Positions 14,051 to 26,846 of a DNA stretch of 64,000 nt are shown here, piece by piece. Source of the stretch: Octopus sinensis (Eukaryota); NCBI RefSeq assembly GCF_006345805.1, contig NC_043006.1, positions 52,576,001 to 52,640,000 of the forward strand, read 5' to 3'. A program made the position numbers and the translations under genes. Position 1 is the first letter of the stretch, and each line of letters opens with the position of its first letter. Below the pieces are notes generated by a model. The model saw nothing but the letters and a program-made list of their open reading frames with translations. It did no database searches and was not told the DNA's origin.

Positions 14051-15182
14051 ATCAATACTATACTGCAATAACACTAGGCATGTACATGAGTACGCATAAA
14101 TCGGAACTGCCCACTTCGTGGTAGTCCCAACACACCATCCTTGATGCTGCACCCACACAGCGTGAAGCAGATGCATGTGTAAAAATTTCGTTTCGCTGCA
14201 ATGATGTCAATGACGACGACGAAAACGAGAACAAACTAGTTTAGGGGTCTAACGTGCGACACATCTATTTGTAGCTCTTTTCCTTGATCGAGCTGCAATC
14301 ATGTATTAACCATAGATCAACACTAGTTTGGCATGTAGACCACTGTCAGGCCTTTACAGCTCAGTACCAGCTGGACAAAGCTGTTTGCAGGAAAATAACA
14401 CAAGACTTCCATAGAGTATCATTTGAGGGTAAGAGCAAAGTTTGATTTGGGATTCATTCTGGATATCGGCGAGAACAGTCTGAGCAGACTCTTCTAGAAG
14501 ACTTTCAGCTGAGGGTTATAGACAACTTGCAAACGTCCTAGCTCTGACAGTACAACAAGAGAACATAGCCTGTTCCAGCTAACCTCTCCAGGAAATGAAA
14601 TGTCGATAGAACATATCAGTGATGCATACAGGGGATCAAACTGTTCTACACACTAGCATTCAGTGTTTGTGCATTAGTGATTTGTGGGCTCGTCTCGAAC
14701 AGCCACGGTCCCGTGTAAGACGATTTCAGGTGTCTGCCGTGTCTACAGTGTAGATCGACGCACTACCTTCCTTTGGCAAGGAAGCGAGACAAACCTTTCT
14801 CTACTTGGTTGTTGTGGCGAGAAACTCTGTGTTAGACTCATTGGAATGGTTTGAAGGCTGGCAGTGTCCTATCAGGCAAACCTCTCATCAAGTTCATCTA
14901 CACGCTACACGCATTAGACTATTACTTAAAACAGTCCAAGTGTTATTGGAAGAAAATATTCCCATTGGGGGATACTTTTACTTGTTGAACTTATTTGATA
15001 ATTTTGAATTATTTTTTATGTTGTATATTTTGTTATATCTTTATTGTAACTGATTTCTTTTTGATCGATATAAACACCACCTTTTGTGCATTTGCAATTC
15101 GTCCTCTGTGTCTTGGGCCTTTGACCAAGAAAAGAAATCATCACCATCATCATCATCATCGTCGTTGTCGACGTCGTCGTCA

Positions 15183-15198
15183 TTATTATTATTATTAA

Positions 15199-15265
<67 letters not shown>

Positions 15266-15266
15266 T
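15183..15266 (-). repeat. (TAA)n tail of R4/Dong element 3
   Basis: (TTA)n on the plus strand directly after the element 3' UTR. Confidence 0.9.
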
Positions 15267-16378
15267 AATATGTCCCACAATATCTAATATCGTAATGTGA
15301 CTCACATTGTAAGTGCTTGAAGGTTGAAGATATTGTGTCTTCTAGGGGTTTGTACCGTCTGTCAAGACACAACAAGGACCTCAGGCAGACAGTACTTTAC
15401 GCAATATTCATGCAATTCCAAGTAATGCCGATTTTTGCAATACGTCTATATTATAGCGTATTTCTACGTTTCGCGATGCTTCTTCAGGTTGGGTGGTATT
15501 GAACCCAATGCTCCGATGACAATGAAAACAACTTTTAAGTTTAACTCTCGTAGCTGCTACATCTTGGCGATCTCAATTCTCAGGTTTCCATATTTAACAA
15601 TCTTTTTTCTTTCATGATATGTTGATCTCCTAGCACTGGCATGTCGATTATTAGGCACTCTTGTTTCTCTCTCCTAAAAGTTACTATATTCAGCCTTCGG
15701 TACTCTAACACCTAGTCTGTCTGGAAGTCTAAGTCCCAGAGAAGTTTTGCTTTCCCCTCTTCGTCCATTACCTTTTCCGGTGTATGTTGGTATCAAACAC
15801 CCGTTATCTCGTATCCATACTTCCGGTATAGTAGCCAGTGAAGGCTTTAGGCTATTTTGCCACGTCTGTGTGTGGTGTACTCTTTCTGCGCAAGACTTTC
15901 ATAAGCACTAACAATGTGAGTCACGCTTTCGAGCTTTTTCCCACACATTCTGCAGAGGTTTGTAGCACTTGTGTGGCATATATCCCTTTTCACAGTGTTG
16001 GTATTCAATGCCTGATTCTGGGCAGCGATGAGTAGGCTTTCAGTATTCTCTCTTATGTCACAATAGCTGAACCACCTCCATGATGCTTCCAGGTCCTTTA
16101 GGCTGTTAGTTCCACAGTAGAAGTGACCATGTAATTCCATGCTGAGTAGTGTTTCTTCTCTTTTGTTCGCTATTCGTGATCGGAAATTATTTGCACTCTG
16201 AAGTCTATCTTTGGTAAATCCTTCTCCATCAGTAGCATGCTGTAGCAGGTCCTGTTTTCTATTTACCAAATATCCTGCTATGTTCCTTCTTTCACTGTTG
16301 ATGCACACCCGTACACTAATCAGCCCACGTCCACTTTTACACCTCTTCATATAGAGCCTGCGTACGTTCGCCTTATCA
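15267..16378 (-). mobile_element. 5'-truncated R4/Dong element 3 (C-terminal CCHC plus RLE)
   Basis: RLYMKR..SGRGLISV, TESLLIAAQNQAL, CRMC..KLESVTHIVS, IIDMPV, VIGALG and RKVLSA*; third distinct 3' UTR, then (TAA)n. Confidence 0.88.
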
Positions 16379-16389
16379 TTATTAATGTC

Positions 16390-16618
16390 GAGTGAGAGAG
16401 CAGAGCATGCCATCAAAGTGACACTGAGGTAAAATATATGAAGCTCAATATACCTATCATGACCACCCTTTTGATAAAGGTACACCCGGCACATGCATCA
16501 CAACCATATGTGCGCGACATAGTGATCTCATATCCAGATAAACAGCACATGACCTTGTAGGTGGGGCCCAGTTAGAAATTTCTTCAGGTCGTGTAACCCA
16601 ACCCGCTCAAAAGGTCCC
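16390..16618 (-). mobile_element. Second, partial copy of the non-coding repeat at 10962-11527
   Basis: Reverse complement aligns by eye with 11280-11501. Confidence 0.75.
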
Positions 16619-16674
16619 AGAATGTCGTATGAGGAAAATGAGTGCTCAACACCGCGTTGGTAGATGTGATTTCT

Positions 16675-18836
16675 TTATTTGTGAATGAAGGCTACCATTG
16701 GTTTCATGTAGAAAAAAGTAGGAAAATATTCTAGTGTATTAACAAGTTTTCAAACCGGTCATATGGATCTCCTCTATTTCGGAAAACACAGCCTCGCTTA
16801 CTTCTCGGAGATTCTCGTGAATTCTCATGAATAAAACAATGGATCAAGGGATGTTACTCTTGAGTGACATCTTTTGAATGTTTGTCTCCCTTGGATTTGT
16901 CCTTCGAGTAAACTGTTTGCGGTCAATTTTTCTGCATTATTTTGTTTTTTCGAGGTGTGCTGTTCTTATACTTGTGTACTGAAATAATTCGTCATTGGGG
17001 ATTATTTCTTCTGTATGTGGAGTTTTATGTGCTATGTATGTTCAAATTTCACGTTCAAGAAAGGGATTACCTACAGGGATTACCGTTACAGATGGTGGCT
17101 CTTTGAAGTATTTCACTGTAAAATATTGCTTGTGTATGCAGAGAGAGAAGACTTCTTCCCTAAAGTTTAGGATGTTATTTTGTTGATTGATTAATGGTTG
17201 GTTTTCAGTAATACAGAGTTCACATTTGGTATCCCGTCCGCTGTGATTTTGGCTTTAGCAATAATTTTCCATTCTCTCTGGGGGTTGCTTATTTCACCTT
17301 CTTTCAATGTCCATATTATATTTGACAGGGATGTTGCACGTTTCTTGTACCTTTGCTTCTGAACCACGCCAGGTGTTGTGTATACCTTTCCATGAACGAG
17401 TTACCCGTCAATCTGATATATACGTCTTTGCTACTTCGTTAGGGCCCGAGATCTGGCCTTGTTTACGAGTTCTTTCTCGCTTTTGGGATTTACAGTTGCT
17501 CTGTCTTTCGGGGGTGTTTCTGGTGTGTTTATATTTATTGTGATTGAGTATTATTGACCCTATATTGGGTAGGCAACTATAACTAACTTTAACTGTATTT
17601 CTATTGAATATCTGGTGGTTTTGCATGAATGTGGAAAGTGGGTGTCTTATAATTTTAAGAATTTCCTAGTAATGTTAATAGCTACTTTCATACTATAAGG
17701 TAGGTTAAACGATAAGATTTTCCTCTGCGTCTTCTTGGTCTATTTATATTTGGTTCACTGTAGTATATGCTGTTCTTAAAGTTTGACCCTTCTAATGCAG
17801 CATTATAGTATGGAGTGGCTTTTTCAAAAGTGTCTTTGTCGGTGGATAAATTGGAGACGCGCCTGATAATGTTGTTAACTATTTGATTTATTACTGCGGG
17901 TGGGTGGCCGGAACCTATATCTATGTACGAGGCTTCCTCGTTTGGATTGTAGTAGTGCTTACATTTTCCTGTGTTAAAGTTCATGTTAATGTCTAGGAAG
18001 TTTGGTACTAATTGTGGTTATTAGGCCTAATTGGCTAAATATTTTCCATAATCCTTTCCTTTTTTCTATTCAATTTATGTCCGTTTTTATTGTATACTAC
18101 TCCCAGGCCATCGTCCCTATATAAACCTATGGTAGCTTCTTTAATTTCTTTTTTAAGGATATCTAGGATATAATGGCCAACAAGTTCAGCTCTCTCTGCT
18201 CTGAAGTAGCTCCCCATTACTACATCAAATAATTCGTCTCCATTCTTTTTTACCCAATAGGAATTATCATGAAAGAACAACGACATCCTTACGTTCATGA
18301 TTATATCTATACCAGTATTTATTATAGTGATGTATGCGTTACTAAATTCAAGTGCCTTATGAAGCAAGCTTTTAGAGATCGAGGGGTAGAGCTCTACGAT
18401 GTCGAATTGTATAAATTTGCATTTGGATTTATCTTCTATTTTCTTAAACCATTCAATAGTTGCATTACTGCATATCCATTGAGTAAGATTGAGTGTGCTT
18501 TGATATGTCGTATAATATTATCTAATATGGATTTACTTGTAATTCCTACTTTGCTTTCTGTGGGATTTATTAATCTACAGGTAGAATTCTGTGTGAAGTT
18601 ATTTTTATGGTCTTTCAGGGTTATAAAAGGATTTCGTGGGATAAGCTTTTCTACATTGTCTCCTATTTTAAACTTTGTAGTGAATTTTTTTGCTTCTACA
18701 TAAATTGAATTGTAAGTGGTGGGGCTTGTTTTCTTGTATGTTTTAGTTATGTTGTCTGATACTAATTTGTTGTGTCAAGACACTGGGATTACTTTTCTTA
18801 ACATGAAACCAAATGGTAGCCTTAATTCACAAATAG
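16675..18836 (-). mobile_element. 5'-truncated, decayed Penelope-like element (RT plus GIY-YIG) with inverted terminal segment
   Basis: RLINPTES, FIQFDIVELYP, FDVVMGS...GLYRDDGLG, HPPAVI, KVSYSCLPN, KTYI and TSLSNIIWTLK motifs. 16677-16745 is mirrored in inverted orientation at 18769-18836. Confidence 0.85.
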
Positions 18837-18894
18837 ACATGTATACACGCACACACAAGCGCACACACACATACATATATATATATATATAAAC

Positions 18895-19025
18895 CATGGT
18901 CTTCTCTCAGTTTCCACTCATGTCACGAGGCTTAGTAGAAGACGCTTGATCAAGGTACCACGCGGTGGGACTGAACCTAGAACTATGTAGTTGGGAAGCA
19001 AACTTCTTACCACACAGCCACCCTA
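18895..19025 (-). mobile_element. SINE family B 5' fragment
   Basis: GGCTGTGTGGTAAGAAGTTTGCTTCCCAAC head as at 46747. Confidence 0.7.
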
Positions 19026-19256
19026 TTTGCTACATTGTCTTCGGCCTTGAAATGTGAGTGACTTATCTTCGCTTGCTACATTGTCTTTACTCTTAATTCG
19101 GTTAGAAGTATTAGAGCGTTTCGTCCATATAACAGAATATCTTTTCTACAATATTTTCTATTGTACGTGCTTATAGCAAAGTAAACCGCAATCAACTTTT
19201 CCAGTCATGATATTCATTTCATCTTCAGGATGTATATCTTTAGGATGTACGTAGGC

Positions 19257-19294
<38 letters not shown>

Positions 19295-19297
<3 letters not shown>

Positions 19298-19535
19298 GTA
19301 AAAATTTACCGTTAACATGGCGCTCAATTATTAAATTAAGAAAATATACGTTAAGGATAGGACATCACCAACTAGCGAAAAATACGTAAACACACAACGA
19401 GAGACAAGTATCCCGCACTTGTCTCTCGCTATTTCGTATTTTTCGCTCGTTGGTGATGTCCTGTTCTTAACGTATATTTTTAAAATTTAATAATTGAACG
19501 CCATGCAGTCTTTGTTAACAGTAAATTTTTACATT
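19295..19535. repeat. 241-bp foldback (MITE-like hairpin) between (TA)n tracts
   Basis: Ends AATGTAAAAATTTAC / GTAAATTTTTACATT; arms pair inward to GAGAGACAAGT / ACTTGTCTCTC. Confidence 0.85.
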
Positions 19536-19556
19536 TTGATATATATATATATATAT

Positions 19557-20723
19557 AAATTACTTTGCCGCATACTGAACTCATTAGAAATAGCAGCTAA
19601 AAAAACTTTTTTAAAACTATTTCCAATACTTAAAGAAAACCTCTCTCATATAGTGTTTGCTCAACTCAACTCACGCAAATATGGGGGTAGAGACATTAAA
19701 AAATCAAGTGCAAAGGTTATTTGAGAACGTACGTTTCAAGATTAGTCAAAATCCGACATTTCTATCATCAGCTCAGAACTCCCTGGTTTGGATTTGAAAA
19801 CACTGAAAGTAGGAGCATACCCTTTCGGCTTCCTCTCGCTTCTGAAGATCTGCTCCCAACTAACAGTGCCAACAAACTCAAAAATGCAAGCGAAGAATTT
19901 CTGCTCTCCTCTTTCCACCAGCGTGGGTTAAAATCAGTAAACACTATGCGTGAGTTGAGTTGAGCAAACACTATATGAGAGAGGTTTTCTTTAAGTATTG
20001 GAAATAGTTTTAAAAAAGTTTTTTTAGCTGCTATTTCTAATGAGTTCAGTATGCGGCAAAGTAATTTATTTTACTAAGCCCTTTTATATAATGTAATAAT
20101 TTGAATTCGCCTTAAATGGTCCCTTGCATACTGAATACTTGGTGAATTGATAATTAATTAATTTTACCCTCAATTGTTGAAATATAATCTCTCTCTATAT
20201 AATGCCGCGGATTTTACGAAAAAAGCATAGTGTTTACTGATTTTACACCCACGTGGTGGAAAGGGGAGAGCAGAAATTCTTCGCTTGCATTTTTGAGTTT
20301 GTGGCACTGTTAGTTGGGAGCAGATCTTCAGAAGAGAGGAAGCCGAAGGGTATGCTCCTACTTTCAGTGTTTTCAAATCCAAACCAGGGAGTTCTGAGCT
20401 GATGATAGAAATGTCGGATTTGACTAATCTTGAAACGTACGTTCTCAAAAACCTTTGCACTTGATTTTTTAATGTCTCTACCCCATATTTGCGTGAGTTG
20501 AGTTGAGCAAACACTATATGAGAGAGGTTTTCTTTAAGTATTGGAAATAGTTTTAAAAAAGTTTTTTAGCTGCTATTTCTAATGAGTTCAGTATGCGGCA
20601 AAGTAATTATTTTACTAAGCCCTTTTATATAATGTAATAATTTGAATTCGCCTTAAATGGTCCCTTTGCATACTGAATACTTGGTGAAATTGATTAATTA
20701 ATTAATTTTACCCTCAATTGTTG

Positions 20724-20726
<3 letters not shown>
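19557..20726 (+). mobile_element. Non-coding unit with an inverted 5' copy plus partial tandem, hammerhead-like; Penelope pLTR-like architecture
   Basis: 19557-19949 is the reverse complement of 20225-20607; 19948-20182 repeats at 20491-20726 (period about 543 bp); ends at (TA)n. Confidence 0.8.
20395..20447 (+). ncRNA. Putative type I hammerhead ribozyme (weak helix II, GUU site); mirror copy at about 19722-19776 on the minus strand
   Basis: TGAG-CTGATGA-[26 nt with AGA/TCT and GTC/GAC pairs]-GAAAC-GTAC-GTT-CTCA. Confidence 0.55.
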
Positions 20727-20805
<79 letters not shown>

Positions 20806-20879
20806 TATATATATACACTGCGAAAGTGACTGTGCTCTACTAGAGTAAGCTACCAGGTGTAAACCATTCGTTTTATTAT

Positions 20880-20944
<65 letters not shown>

Positions 20945-20953
<9 letters not shown>

Positions 20954-21260
20954 TACTACGGTACTCTGTCGGTTACGATGATGAAGGTTCCAGTTGATGC
21001 AATCAACGGAACAGTCTGCTCGTGAAATCAGCCTGCAAGTGGCTTAGCATTCCACAGACACGTGTACCTTTAACGTAGTTCTCGGGGAGATTCAGCGTGA
21101 CACAGAGTGACAAGGCTGGCACCTTTGAAATACATGTACAACAGAAACAGGAAGAAGAGTGAGAGGAAGTTGTGGTGAAAGAGTACACCAGGGTTCGACA
21201 CCACCCCCTGCTGGAGCTTCGTGGAGCTTCGTGGAGCTTTAAGTGTTTTCGTTCAATAGA

Positions 21261-21262
<2 letters not shown>
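20945..21262 (-). mobile_element. SINE family C body, head missing
   Basis: Shares ACAAGGCTGGC-CCTTTGAAAT...AGCTT(T)AGGTGTT segments with the copy at 33439-33738. Confidence 0.7.
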
Positions 21263-21297
<35 letters not shown>

Positions 21298-21439
21298 AAG
21301 AGAGAGAGAGAAAGAAAGAGAAGGAATAGGGAGAAAGAGAAAACGTGTCAGTATTAATAGTTCCACATTTCGGAAGACCGGAAGGATTTGGCCAGTAGAA
21401 GTGGTGAAAATAGTGACCCGGATAAACTGGGGCGTGCAA

Positions 21440-22060
21440 GCACGAGTGTGTATGAGTGTATATGTGTGAGACTGGGTGAGCGTGATGTATGTGTGGTTGA
21501 GTATAAAGCTATGTGAGCCTCTGTGTGTATACATATGCGTGTATGGAAGCGTGTCAATGTGTATTATGCGTGTATGGAAACGTGTGTGTGGATGTGTATA
21601 AGCAAACAAGTACGTGCGCTGTGTGAAGTGATTATGTGTATGTGTGGACGCATTTTTTTTGTGGGAATGTGTGAGGCTATGTATAGTATGTGTGTGTGAG
21701 GTTTATCAGATGTGTGTGTATGCAGGTGCATGGATGTAGCTGCTAATATATGCGTGTGCGAGTAGCGTGTTTGTGTGTGCGTGTGTGTGTTTGTGCTTGT
21801 GTATGTTTGTACATCAAGTATGCATGTGTGACACTGTAGTGTGCGTGTGTATTCTGTGCGCTTATGCGTGAATATTGCATGTGTTTACGCTTGCTTTGCG
21901 CATGTGTTTTATGTGTTTATGCATGAATATTGTTTGTATATGCGTGTGTATGCTTGTGAGTGAGTGTAGTCACTGTTATCAGCCGATGTGTGTGTGAACG
22001 GGGCTGTTGAATAAGCTATGTGTGCATACGGAGTTCATGTGTGTGTGATGTTCTGCATTT
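21440..22060. repeat. Degenerate (TG)-rich low-complexity tract
   Basis: Direct reading. Confidence 0.85.
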
Positions 22061-22454
22061 GTGCATATAAGTAGGGTTGTTTGTATATCCGTGTAACGCC
22101 ATCCAGAGTATATGCATGTTTTGTGAGGGGATACATGAAACGGCGAGGTGGGATGGAGGTGTACAGGTGTGGAGGTGGAGGAAAGGGGGTAATGAAAGAA
22201 GGGAAATGTGTGAGGTATGTGTGAATGTATGTAAGGGTGGGTTTAGGTGAAGAGAGCTGACGAGTGAATACCATAAGAAGCAGAAGAATGAAGAGAGAAA
22301 ACCTGCCCTGGGCGGAAATGTTCCCAGGTTCGGGCTAAAGAAAATACAGGAGGGTCAGTTTATCCCCCTCTTCAGATTCACACACATATTGCAGAGGTCC
22401 TTCAGTTTTTCTAAGCCCTATAAAAGAACTCGGAAGTTTGGGCCTGCAACCAGG

Positions 22455-22575
<121 letters not shown>

Positions 22576-23062
22576 TGTGATAGTGTGTATGTAGATATAT
22601 GTGTATGCATCTAAGCTCTAAGCGTGTAGGTCTTTGTGTTAATCTTCCACCACCGCTTGATAATCGATATTGGTTTGCATGCGACCACGTAAATTAGCGG
22701 CTCAGCAAAAGGGTTCAATATGATAAATATCAAATGTTTAAAAAAAAACTCCAGGGGCAATTCGTTCGGCTAAACTCTTTCAATATGGTCCTCCAGTATG
22801 GCAGCTGTTCAATGACCGAAACAAGTGAAAAATTAAAAGATAAAAGTTAGCTTTATCTACTCACTAGTAGTTCCTGGCCGAAACAGATGCATAAAGTATA
22901 TATAATCCACTTGCATAGACGCCAGGACTGATGACAAAGTAGTAAGTGCAGGGAAAGCCCTCACATACGATCTAGAGCCGAAGGCAATGTAGCAAATGTA
23001 GGCAAGTTACTCCAATGCAGTTCGGGGCAGAATCGCAATCTAACAAATATTGGTTAGCCATT

Positions 23063-23260
23063 CGTGTGGCTTAGTGGTTAGGGTGTTGGACTCATAAACG
23101 TAAGATTGTGGTTTCGATTTCTGGACTGGACGACGCGTTGTTTTCTTAAGCAAAACACTTCATTTCACGTTGCTCCAGTCCACTCAGCTGACAAAAATAA
23201 GTAACCTTGCGACGGACTGGTGGAAAATATATTCGCCATGAAACCGGCCCTTATAAACTG
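23063..23260 (+). mobile_element. tRNA-derived SINE, family C-like
   Basis: A-box TGGCTTAGTGG and B-box GGTTTCGATTTCT. Confidence 0.7.
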
Positions 23261-23519
23261 TTCTCAGTCTAACGACTGATATACATTTTATTCACCACTG
23301 GAAGGCTAAGTACTCAGTGTAATTTCCTAAATGCAGCAAATGGTTAGTGCTGAAGAAGGTAGAAACAGATTATACGCCACTAAGTAGAGCCAATTTTTAG
23401 TGATGTATGTATTTCATTTCACACGTCTCCATTCTACTCCATCATAAATGAGTTCTAGCCACTTACATATTCGGTTGTGAGTGACCTAGCTGACTTTACT
23501 TGTAATTTCAAATTAGACA

Positions 23520-24545
23520 CAAGGTTCATCTAGGAGCAAAGACTAACCTCACTGATGTTGAAGTCATAGCAGTTATCAAAGAGCTCAAATGTGGCCAGGC
23601 CGATTGTGAGGATGAAAATCGGCCTGAAATGTTAAAAACCTTAAATGAAGAAGGTATTCTCTGGCAGAAACGTTAGCACGCCGGGCGAAATGCTTAGCGG
23701 TATTTCGTCTGCGTTACGTTGTGAGTTCAAATTCCACCGAGGTCGACTTTGCCTTTCATCCTTTCGGAGTCGATAAATTAAGTACCAGTTACGCACTGGG
23801 GTCGATGTAATCGACTTAATACCTATGTCTGTCCTTGTTTGTCCCCTCTGTGTTTAGCCCCTTGTGGGTAATAAAGAAATAGGTATTCTCTGGCAGATTC
23901 ATGTATAACAAATGACTTGGACCTCTGGCAAAGCACCAAAGCAATGACAACTCGAGGTGATAATCACAACTTTTAGAAAGGGAGGTATGAAATCGTGCTC
24001 TAATTATAGCTGAATTTTCTAATTGAGCTACCCCGTTAACGTCTACACAAGATGTCTGGAAAAAAGAGATGAAGAAAAATTGTCGAGCCCAAGGTTGCTG
24101 AAGAAAAGTGTGGCTTCCGTTTTAGACGCAGCACAACCGATCATATATTCACTCTATGGTAGATCTCTGAGAAATTGTGAGAATATTGCCAAGAACTTTA
24201 CGCTTCCTCTGAAGACCATGAAAAGGCATATTACCGCCGACATGGGATATGTAATTCAGGGTTTTACAAGACTTATGGGCAACACTTGCTTGTAGTGATG
24301 TTCCTATAAGAATGCCCGTATCTTTGTTTTCGGGTAAATGGTGCAAAGTTGAAACTTTTCAATGTGGGTGTTGGACTTTGGCAAGGTTTTGTATTGTCAC
24401 CATTTCTGTTCATAATTTTTATGAAATGGATTAACATGCGCAGCCGTGGGGGAAGTGGTTTCACAGTCGGTGGGTGTAGGAGCAGTTGGAATATATTTGC
24501 AGACGATGTGGTGACAATTGGCTCATTTGACAGATCGTGTTGACT
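23520..24545 (+). pseudogene. RTE-clade LINE RT remnant, interrupted by a SINE
   Basis: PEMLKTLNEEGILW, KSCSNY, EEKCGFR..RSTTDHIFTL, GLWQGFVLSPFLF and IFADD. Confidence 0.8.
23669..23880 (+). mobile_element. SINE family A with 17-bp TSD
   Basis: AGGTATTCTCTGGCAGA at 23652-23668 and 23881-23897. Confidence 0.9.
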
Positions 24546-24835
24546 ATGAGCTGACTCGGAGAACTCTTCTCAGGCTACCTGAACAAAGGATTCTTTTTAT
24601 TCCGAAATATTCGAATATTAAAAACAAAATATTAGACATCTTCGTCTGCGACGCCCCATTTTATTCTGCTTTATTCCCTATTCGTATTGCCATAAAGTTT
24701 TATTAAAACTCACTATTATACATGTAAGTAGTCATTCGCATTTCCTCACACGTTACTACAAAACTTTTAAATCAACTGAATTATTAGCATGAGTTAGTGG
24801 GAGTATATTCAGAAATATTTAAACAGTAACATATA

Positions 24836-25059
24836 TATTTCTTTACTGCCCAGAAGGGGCTAAACATAGAGGGGGACAAACAAGGTCAGACAAAGGGATT
24901 AAGTCGATTACATCGACCCCAGTGCGAAACTGGTATTTTATTTATCAACCGCGAAAGGATGAAAGGCAAAGTCGACCTCGGCGGAATTTGAGCTCAGAAC
25001 GTAACGACAGACGAAATACCAGTAAGCATTTCGCCCGGCGCGCTAACGTTTCTGCCGGC
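24836..25059 (-). mobile_element. SINE family A with 17-bp TSD
   Basis: TTAAACAGTAACATATA at 24819-24835 and 25060-25076. Confidence 0.9.
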
Positions 25060-26098
25060 TTAAACAGTAACATATAAATTTACAACTTCATTCGCAGTGT
25101 TTGTCAGAAATAAAGTGCAATGCTTATTAATTAAAAAAAAAAAGATAATAGAAATAAAGAAATCTGTGAACGAATTAATAAAAGTTTTGAAAAGTTATTG
25201 GCTAATGCACGGTGTTTGTGGTTACATTCATCCTAATTTGACAAACAAACGGACTGAAGTTCAAACAAAATGCTTATGTTGTCGTTTAAAATATTTAAAA
25301 AAATAAAAACTCGTCAAAAATTCTTACTGCAAATATATTGACAACGAAAGCACTTTTAGCAAAATTGTTTACGGCAAAAATAAATACAGGAAATATTCAT
25401 TCAGCAAAATTACTTGCGCCAAAGGTGCGAAACTTAAAATTTGTTGGCGCGGACGGGTACAACCAGTTCTAGCTAGGCTCTGGTTGTAGTGTAAAAATAG
25501 GAAGATGGAATACTACTAAAATGGAAATAGTTCACTGTGAACGAGTAAGAGCCAGTGATGTCACTAACATACTAAGGATAATATAAAAAGGGTACTGAGA
25601 ATATTAGGATTCAACATTATAATTGAAGAAGATGTAGAACATCAGCAGAGTACCTCTAACGTTGTCTGTTATATGCTATCCTTTTTACTCATCTTGCATG
25701 GAAAACAAGATTGAATATACGTTATATCATACATTCCTTATGGCAAATAAGGTTCTTTGCTTTTATTTTTACCATATCTTCCATTCACTGATTTTTATGG
25801 GCGTTGACGTTCACTGATTTTCAGAATGAAAAAAAAATTAAGCCATTTGGAAATTATAATAAAATTAAGGAATGATAAGGTATGTAAAAATGTTTGAAAT
25901 CTTTAAAAAATATAGAAAACTAAAGAATAGGAGTACTGATATTTACGTCTCCTAATAATTCTAAAGGGCAATTTAGTAAAAATCTTGGATATATTCAAGA
26001 TTGACATTTCAAATAAAACGTGAGTTCTTTAAAGATTTTGATGAAATAATTATTTAAGTTCTTTCATTATTGAATACTTTTGTTCCTTAAATATAAAG

Positions 26099-26132
<34 letters not shown>

Positions 26133-26224
26133 TTATATGCACTTAACATTCTAACCTACAGTAGGAATTTTGTTAAGATTTGTATGTTTTATGTATGTAT
26201 TCTCATACATATAGTTGCATATCT

Positions 26225-26700
26225 ACACATTCTCATATATATTTAAATGATAAAATACTGGCAAGTTTTACAGATTTTTTACAGATCTGTAGTGTTCGAA
26301 TTAGCTTTCTCCTTTCTGGTTTTGAGAAACCTAATTTGTCAAGATTGGCATTTAGGCAGTGTGTTACATATCCCAGGGCCCCAATAATTGCAGGCATAAA
26401 CTTGAACTTGTAATCTGGATAGAGTAACTGCAGATTTCTCAATAGTTCAGCAATAGTTCTCTTTTTCACTTTATTTTAACATCCGCTGGGCAACTAATTT
26501 TCACAACTGTTCACAGTTTCTCTTCTTTATCCCAAATCATTATGACAGGTCTGTTGTGCTTATATTTTACTGAGGTCTTCACTGGGACATTCCATCAGTA
26601 TTCCTTTTTATCATGAGTAGCTACGGCTTCTATCACATTGTGGGTTATTTGTTTGTCCTCGGAATTATCCTGCCGACGGATTTCATTATAGAGTATGAGT
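26225..26700 (-). pseudogene. RLE C-terminal remnant of an R4-like retrotransposon in a (TACA)n context
   Basis: Y*WNVPVKT...HNRPVIMIWDKEEK...ISCPAD...FMPAIIGALG; (CATA)n upstream and a decayed CATA run downstream on the element strand. Confidence 0.75.
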
Positions 26701-26846
26701 TTATGTATGTATGTATGTATGTATGTATGTATGTATGTATGTATGTATGTATGTATGTATGTATGTATGTATGTATGTATGTATGTATGCATGTATGTAT
26801 GTATGTATGTATGTATGTATGTATGTATGTATGTATGTATGTATGT
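26701..26846. repeat. (TATG)n microsatellite
   Basis: Direct reading. Confidence 0.97.
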
